Source: Alphaproteobacteria bacterium (GTDB taxonomy: Bacteria > Pseudomonadota > Alphaproteobacteria > Bin95). Taken from it: a DNA stretch of 64,000 nt. The notes under the pieces were generated by a model that searched no databases, was not told the origin of the DNA, and saw only the letters and a list, made by a program, of their open reading frames with translations. Positions 59,903 through 64,000 of the stretch are shown piece after piece (positions within the stretch are counted from its first letter, which is position 1; every line of letters begins with the position of its first letter). A program made the translations under genes and the position numbers. The DNA is taken from positions 1-64,000 of the forward strand of contig CBDBGH010000003.1 in NCBI GenBank assembly GCA_965205265.1. Direction: 5' to 3'.

Positions 59903-59928
59903 TCCGCCTCCGGGCAGGCAGGCAAGGG

Positions 59929-59962
59929 AAAGGGCCGGCCGCCGCGCCGGCCCTTTTTCTTT
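59929..59962 (+). terminator. Rho-independent terminator
   Basis: AAAGGGCCGGC-cgccgc-GCCGGCCCTTTTT after the iorB-like stop. Confidence 0.8.
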
Positions 59963-60045
59963 GGCGGGCACGGTCGGGCCTGTGACGGATCGGCCGTCTG
60001 GCATAGACTGCCCAGGCGGCGCATCCGGGAAAGGAGCCTCCGAGC

Positions 60046-61035
60046 ATGGCCATCGACGCGATTCCGGCAATCGACCTCGGGCCCTGGTGGTCCGGCGGCG
60101 CGGCCGGCCGGCGGGAGGTGGCCGGGCAGGTCGCCCGGGCCTGCGAGACCGTCGGCTTCCTGATCGTCACCGGCCACGGCATTCCCCAGCAGGTGATCGA
60201 CCGCGCCTTTTCGGTCTCGCGGGCGTTCTTCGACCTGCCCGCGGAGGAAAAGGCCAGGTTCATGCCGGAAGACGGGGTGGCGCCGCGCGGCTACCACGCC
60301 GTCGCGACGCGGAACCTCGCGCGCACCTATGGGCAGGAGACGCCGCCCGACCTGAGGGAGCAGTTCTTCATCGGCCCCCTCGCCCCGCGCGCCGAGCGGT
60401 TCGCCCATATTCCGGAGGCCGCGCTTTACTATTCGGAGAATATCTGGCCGGCCCGTCCCGCCGCCTACCGGGAGGTCTTCACCGAGTTCTACGGCGCGTT
60501 CGAAGGCCTCGCGGCGCGCCTGATGGGGATTTTCGCCGTGGCGCTCGGCCTGCCGGAGTCGTTCTTCGACGACAAGATCGACGGGCATTTCAGCACCTGT
60601 CCGTCGAACCACTATCCCGTCATCCAGGACGACCCGCAGCCGGGCCAGCTCCGCTGCGGCGCGCACACCGATTTCGGCAGCCTGACGATCCTCGCCTTCA
60701 ACGATGCGCCGGGCGGCCTGCAGGCGCTGATGCCGGACGGCTCCTGGCTGGATGTCCGGCCGGGGCCGGGGCAGCTGGTCGTCAATCTGGGTGACATGAT
60801 GGCGCGCTGGACCAACGACCGCTGGAAGTCCACCGTCCACCGCGTCGTCAATCCGCCGGCGGAACGGCGCGGGGAAAGCCGGCGCCAGACCATCGGCTAT
60901 TTCCTGCACCCGAACTACGACGCCGAGATCGACTGCCTGGAAGGCTGCTGGGGCCCCGGCAACCCGCCGAAATACCCCCGGATCAGGGCCGGCGACCACA
61001 TGCGCGAGAAGCTGGAAGCCCGGATCGACGGGTAG
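60046..61035 (+). CDS. 2OG-Fe(II) oxygenase, isopenicillin N synthase family
   Basis: IPAIDL, HTDFG, NLGD..ARWTND.WKST.HRV, R.TIGYF. Confidence 0.9.
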   Translation: MAIDAIPAIDLGPWWSGGAAGRREVAGQVARACETVGFLIVTGHGIPQQVIDRAFSVSRAFFDLPAEEKARFMPEDGVAPRGYHAVATRNLARTYGQETPPDLREQFFIGPLAPRAERFAHIPEAALYYSENIWPARPAAYREVFTEFYGAFEGLAARLMGIFAVALGLPESFFDDKIDGHFSTCPSNHYPVIQDDPQPGQLRCGAHTDFGSLTILAFNDAPGGLQALMPDGSWLDVRPGPGQLVVNLGDMMARWTNDRWKSTVHRVVNPPAERRGESRRQTIGYFLHPNYDAEIDCLEGCWGPGNPPKYPRIRAGDHMREKLEARIDG

Positions 61036-61120
61036 GAGGCACGCGAAGAAGTCGAAATGCGCATCTTTCCTGTTCGATACGCCTCCCTCCGGTCGGCTAC
61101 TCAGGATGAGGGAAAAGCTG

Positions 61121-61154
61121 AACCGGACAGCAATGGCTTGGGGGCCGGGGTGAC
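61121..61154. mobile_element. Orphan IS4-like terminal repeat joined to half a family 2 REP
   Basis: AACCGGACAGCAATG (reverse complement of the 51794 TIR) followed by GCTTGGGGGCCGGGGTGAC. Confidence 0.6.
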
Positions 61155-61217
61155 GGGTGAGGCTCTGCGGACGAGTCTGTTCGAACGGCTCGGCGGGCAG
61201 GCGCGGGTGCGGTCGGG

Positions 61218-62102
61218 TTGACGACCCTCGGATTCATCGGGCTCGGCGCCATGGGCGGGCCGATGTGCCGGAACCTTGCCGGGCGCGCCGGCCTGCCCGT
61301 TATCGCCCACGATATCGACCCGCAGGCCCGCGCCCGGTGCGCCGGGCGGGCGTGCGTCGCGACGGCAGACCCCGCGCGGGTGGCGCGCGATTGCGCCGTC
61401 GCCTTCCTTTCGCTGCCGGGGGCGGCGGAGGTTCGCCGCGCCTGCCTGGGCGATGACGGGCTGCTGGCCCATGCGCGCGCCGGCAATGTCGTCGTCGATT
61501 GCAGCACGGTGCCGCTGGCGCTGACGCGCGAGCTTGCCGCCGCCTTTGCCGAAAAGCGCGCGCGCTATGTCGATGCCCCGGTAGCCGGGACCGTCCGGTC
61601 GGTCGCGGACCGGGAAATCAGCGTCATGGTCGGGGCGGACAAGGAGACATTCGCCCGCCTGGCGCCGCTACTGGATTGCATGGCGGAGACGGTGCTGCAT
61701 TGCGGCGAGAGCGGGAGCGGCGCGGTGACGAAGCTGCTGCTGAACATGGTGCTCGCCCAGTCCGTCGCCGCGCTTGCCGAGGCCCTGCTGCTCGGCCGCC
61801 GGGCGGGCGTGGACGGAGAGCGCCTGTTTGAGGCCTTCCGGAACGGGTGCGACAGCTTCGCGCTTCGCCAGCACGGCATGACGGCGCTGCTGCCCGGCAG
61901 CTTTCCCGAAGGCAGGTTCCCGGCGCGCTACATGCTGAAAGACCTCGACTATGTCATGGAGCTGAAAGAGTCGCTGGGGATGACGCTCGGGGGCATGGAG
62001 CTTACCCACGGCCTGCTGGAGCGCACCGTCGCCGCGGGCCTCGGCGATGCCTACTGGCCTGCGCTGATCCATGCGGTCGAGGAGGGCGGAGAGCAGCCAT
62101 GA
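61218..62102 (+). CDS. NAD(P)-dependent beta-hydroxyacid dehydrogenase (3-hydroxyisobutyrate dehydrogenase family)
   Basis: GFIGLGAMG, VDCST, DAPVAG, KLLLN, KDL. Confidence 0.88.
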   Translation: MTTLGFIGLGAMGGPMCRNLAGRAGLPVIAHDIDPQARARCAGRACVATADPARVARDCAVAFLSLPGAAEVRRACLGDDGLLAHARAGNVVVDCSTVPLALTRELAAAFAEKRARYVDAPVAGTVRSVADREISVMVGADKETFARLAPLLDCMAETVLHCGESGSGAVTKLLLNMVLAQSVAALAEALLLGRRAGVDGERLFEAFRNGCDSFALRQHGMTALLPGSFPEGRFPARYMLKDLDYVMELKESLGMTLGGMELTHGLLERTVAAGLGDAYWPALIHAVEEGGEQP

Positions 62103-63238
62103 CGGATACCGTGTCGGTGAACGGCCGTTGCGACCGGCGCTTCGCCGCGCTCGCCGATGCGTTCGCGGAGAATTTCGCGACCCGCGGCGAGGCCGGCGCC
62201 GCCGTCGCCGTCACCCTGAACGGCGAGCCGGTCGTCGATCTCCGGGGCGGCTTCGCCGACAGCGCCCGCACGCGCCCCTGGGCGGAGGACACGCTGGTCT
62301 GCATGATGTCGGTCGCCAAGGCGGCGACGGCGCTCTGCGCCGCGATGGCCGTGGACCGGGGCCTGATTGGCTGGGACGAGCCGGTGGCGCGCTACTGGCC
62401 GGAATTCGCGGCCGCCGGCAAGGGCGAAATCCCGGTCCGGTGGGTCCTCGACCACCGTGCCGGCATGGCGGCAATTGCGCAGGCCATGCCCGACGGTGCG
62501 GCCTACGACTGGGATTCGATGACCGGGGCGCTGGCCGCGCAAGCGCCCTTGTCGCCGCCGGGCAAGGCGCGCGCCTACCATTCCGTGACCCTGGGTTACC
62601 TGGTCGGCGAACTGATACGGCGCACGGACGGGCGGAGCCTCGGGCGCTTCCTCGCCGAGGAGGTCTGCGGTCCGCACGGCATCGAATACTGGATCGGCCT
62701 GCCGCCGGAACTGCACGGGCGGTGCGCGGAATTCTTCGGCGAGACCGAGGGCACGCTGTTCGACCGCTCGGAGCCGGACTCCCTGAAGTGCCGGGCGATG
62801 GCGCAGGTGCCGGCGGAGGATTTCAACACCGAGCGGTTCCGCGCGGCGGAAATCCCCTCGATCAACGGCATCGGCACGGCGCGCGGCGTCGCCCGGCTGT
62901 TCGACGGCCTCGCCGCCGGCGGCGTGCTGGACGGCAGGCGCCTGTTGAGCGCCGGAGTGCTGGCGGAGGCCACGACAGAGCAATGGCACGGCAGGGAGGA
63001 TCTGCTGGGGCACACGCGGCGCATGGCTCTCGGCTTCGCGCTCGGCCTGCCGGGGCACTTGGCGATGGGGCCGAGCCCGCGCGCCTTCGGGCACACCGGC
63101 GCGGGCGGCGCCATCGGCTTCGCCGACCCGGACGCCGGCCTCGGCTTCGCCTACGCGCCCAACTGCATGTATTCCGGCCCGGGCATCAGCCCGCGCCTGA
63201 GCGCCCTGGTGGACGCCTTGTACGAAGCGCTTGCGTGA
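62099..63238 (+). CDS. Serine hydrolase, beta-lactamase class C / EstB-like esterase
   Basis: SVAK (SxxK), LDHRAG, YH, FGHTGAGG. Confidence 0.88.
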   Translation: MTDTVSVNGRCDRRFAALADAFAENFATRGEAGAAVAVTLNGEPVVDLRGGFADSARTRPWAEDTLVCMMSVAKAATALCAAMAVDRGLIGWDEPVARYWPEFAAAGKGEIPVRWVLDHRAGMAAIAQAMPDGAAYDWDSMTGALAAQAPLSPPGKARAYHSVTLGYLVGELIRRTDGRSLGRFLAEEVCGPHGIEYWIGLPPELHGRCAEFFGETEGTLFDRSEPDSLKCRAMAQVPAEDFNTERFRAAEIPSINGIGTARGVARLFDGLAAGGVLDGRRLLSAGVLAEATTEQWHGREDLLGHTRRMALGFALGLPGHLAMGPSPRAFGHTGAGGAIGFADPDAGLGFAYAPNCMYSGPGISPRLSALVDALYEALA

Positions 63239-63401
63239 ATCGTCGGATAAAGGGTGGCTTTGCGGGCAGGGTCGCTACCGGGGCTGTGGTTTCATATGCC
63301 GCTCGATACTCGCCATTCGCTCATCGACGATATCGGCCCCGAAGCTGTTGCCTCCCGTATATTTCCGAATCTCAGCCTCGGCCGTTCTCCGCTTGCACCG
63401 G

Positions 63402-63605
63402 CTACGGGACCAGCTTCAGCAGGGCGACTGCGACACCCACGATGGCGAAGACGGCGCCCACCATGCGCCAGTCGCGATTGTTGATCTCGCGGACCAGCCG
63501 CGTTTCAAGCTCTGCCAGACCGGCCGTCAAATCGGCCTTCGTTGCGAACTGCTCGCTGTCTTGCGCCACGACGGTCAGCCCTCCTTCGGCAAAGCCCTTT
63601 TCCAT
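63402..63605 (-). CDS. Small DUF1640/CCDC90-like coiled-coil protein with C-terminal TM
   Basis: ATKADL motif, LETRL coil, hydrophobic tail MVGAVFAIVGVAVALLKL. Confidence 0.6.
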   Translation of the reverse strand: MEKGFAEGGLTVVAQDSEQFATKADLTAGLAELETRLVREINNRDWRMVGAVFAIVGVAVALLKLVP

Positions 63606-63701
63606 GCGGCCCTTCAGCCGCTCTTCTACCGGAACCGGCTTCTGAATATGCGCGCTCGCGGCCGGTGTTGCAATGGACGGCGCATGATTCGAAAGGCGGG
63701 A

Positions 63702-63776
63702 TGGCTCCGCGGGTAGGATTCGAACCTACGACCAATCGGTTAACAGCCGACCGCTCTACCACTGAGCTACCGCGGA
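63702..63776 (-). tRNA. tRNA-Asn(GTT)
   Basis: TCCGCGG acceptor stem, anticodon loop CTGTTAA, GGTTCGAATCC, CCA. Confidence 0.95.
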
Positions 63777-63829
63777 ACAGACCCGAATGCGCGCCCTTAT
63801 AGCGGCGTCGGGACCGCTTGGCGAGGGGC

Positions 63830-63903
63830 TGGAGGCGCGGACCGGATTCGAACCGGTGTAAGCGGATTTGCAGTCCGATGGATAGCCACTCTCCCACCGC
63901 GCC
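63830..63903 (-). tRNA. tRNA-Cys(GCA)
   Basis: 74 nt, anticodon loop CTGCAAA, U discriminator, CCA. Confidence 0.95.
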
Positions 63904-64000
63904 GCCGGGGCCTCCACATAGGCCGGCAGCCGGGTGCGGTCAATGCGCGGCGGGCGGCCGCTGCCCGGGTCGGAGGAGGGGCCGCCGCCGCGCTGCTACC

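Noticed and set aside
62099-63238. Antibiotic-resistance beta-lactamase
   Set aside because: No signal peptide; motifs fit cytoplasmic EstB-like esterases.
63830-63903. Mismatch at the top of the tRNA-Cys anticodon stem
   Set aside because: A single terminal mismatch is tolerated and all other identity elements are intact.

Overview
High-GC window from what appears to be an alphaproteobacterium. The FN3-repeat autotransporter, Uma2 nuclease, clan AA protease and small coiled-coil membrane proteins suggest a host-associated lifestyle such as a marine invertebrate symbiont, but this is inference. The backbone carries housekeeping and catabolic genes: maeB, moeB, upp, add, ubiD, lepA, arsC, an hmfABCD-like furoate cluster, iorAB-like oxidoreductase, LLM, 2OG-Fe(II) and hydrolase genes, and four tRNAs. 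Two divergent tRNA-Leu genes flank ubiD and both are integration sites. One carries an integrase-less element of about 1 kb with both att ends. The other carries a decayed element of about 10 kb (P4-type integrase, Replic_Relax gene, Uma2, lipoprotein) broken up by three near-identical IS3 copies and an IS21 element with a third, Toprim-like gene inside its end. The least explained signals are non-coding. First, a dispersed element of promoter-like sequence, hairpin and GC-rich units ending in a CATGACA repeat with a 10-bp period (233-643 and 42300-43156). Second, several transposase-less IS shells (MITEs) with different terminal inverted repeats (TIRs), each carrying a REP doublet inside. Several genes have lesions (add 572-bp duplication, iorA Cys-loop deletion, D-aminoacylase frameshift) that may be real decay or assembly error. 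All product calls come from motif recognition, not database searches.
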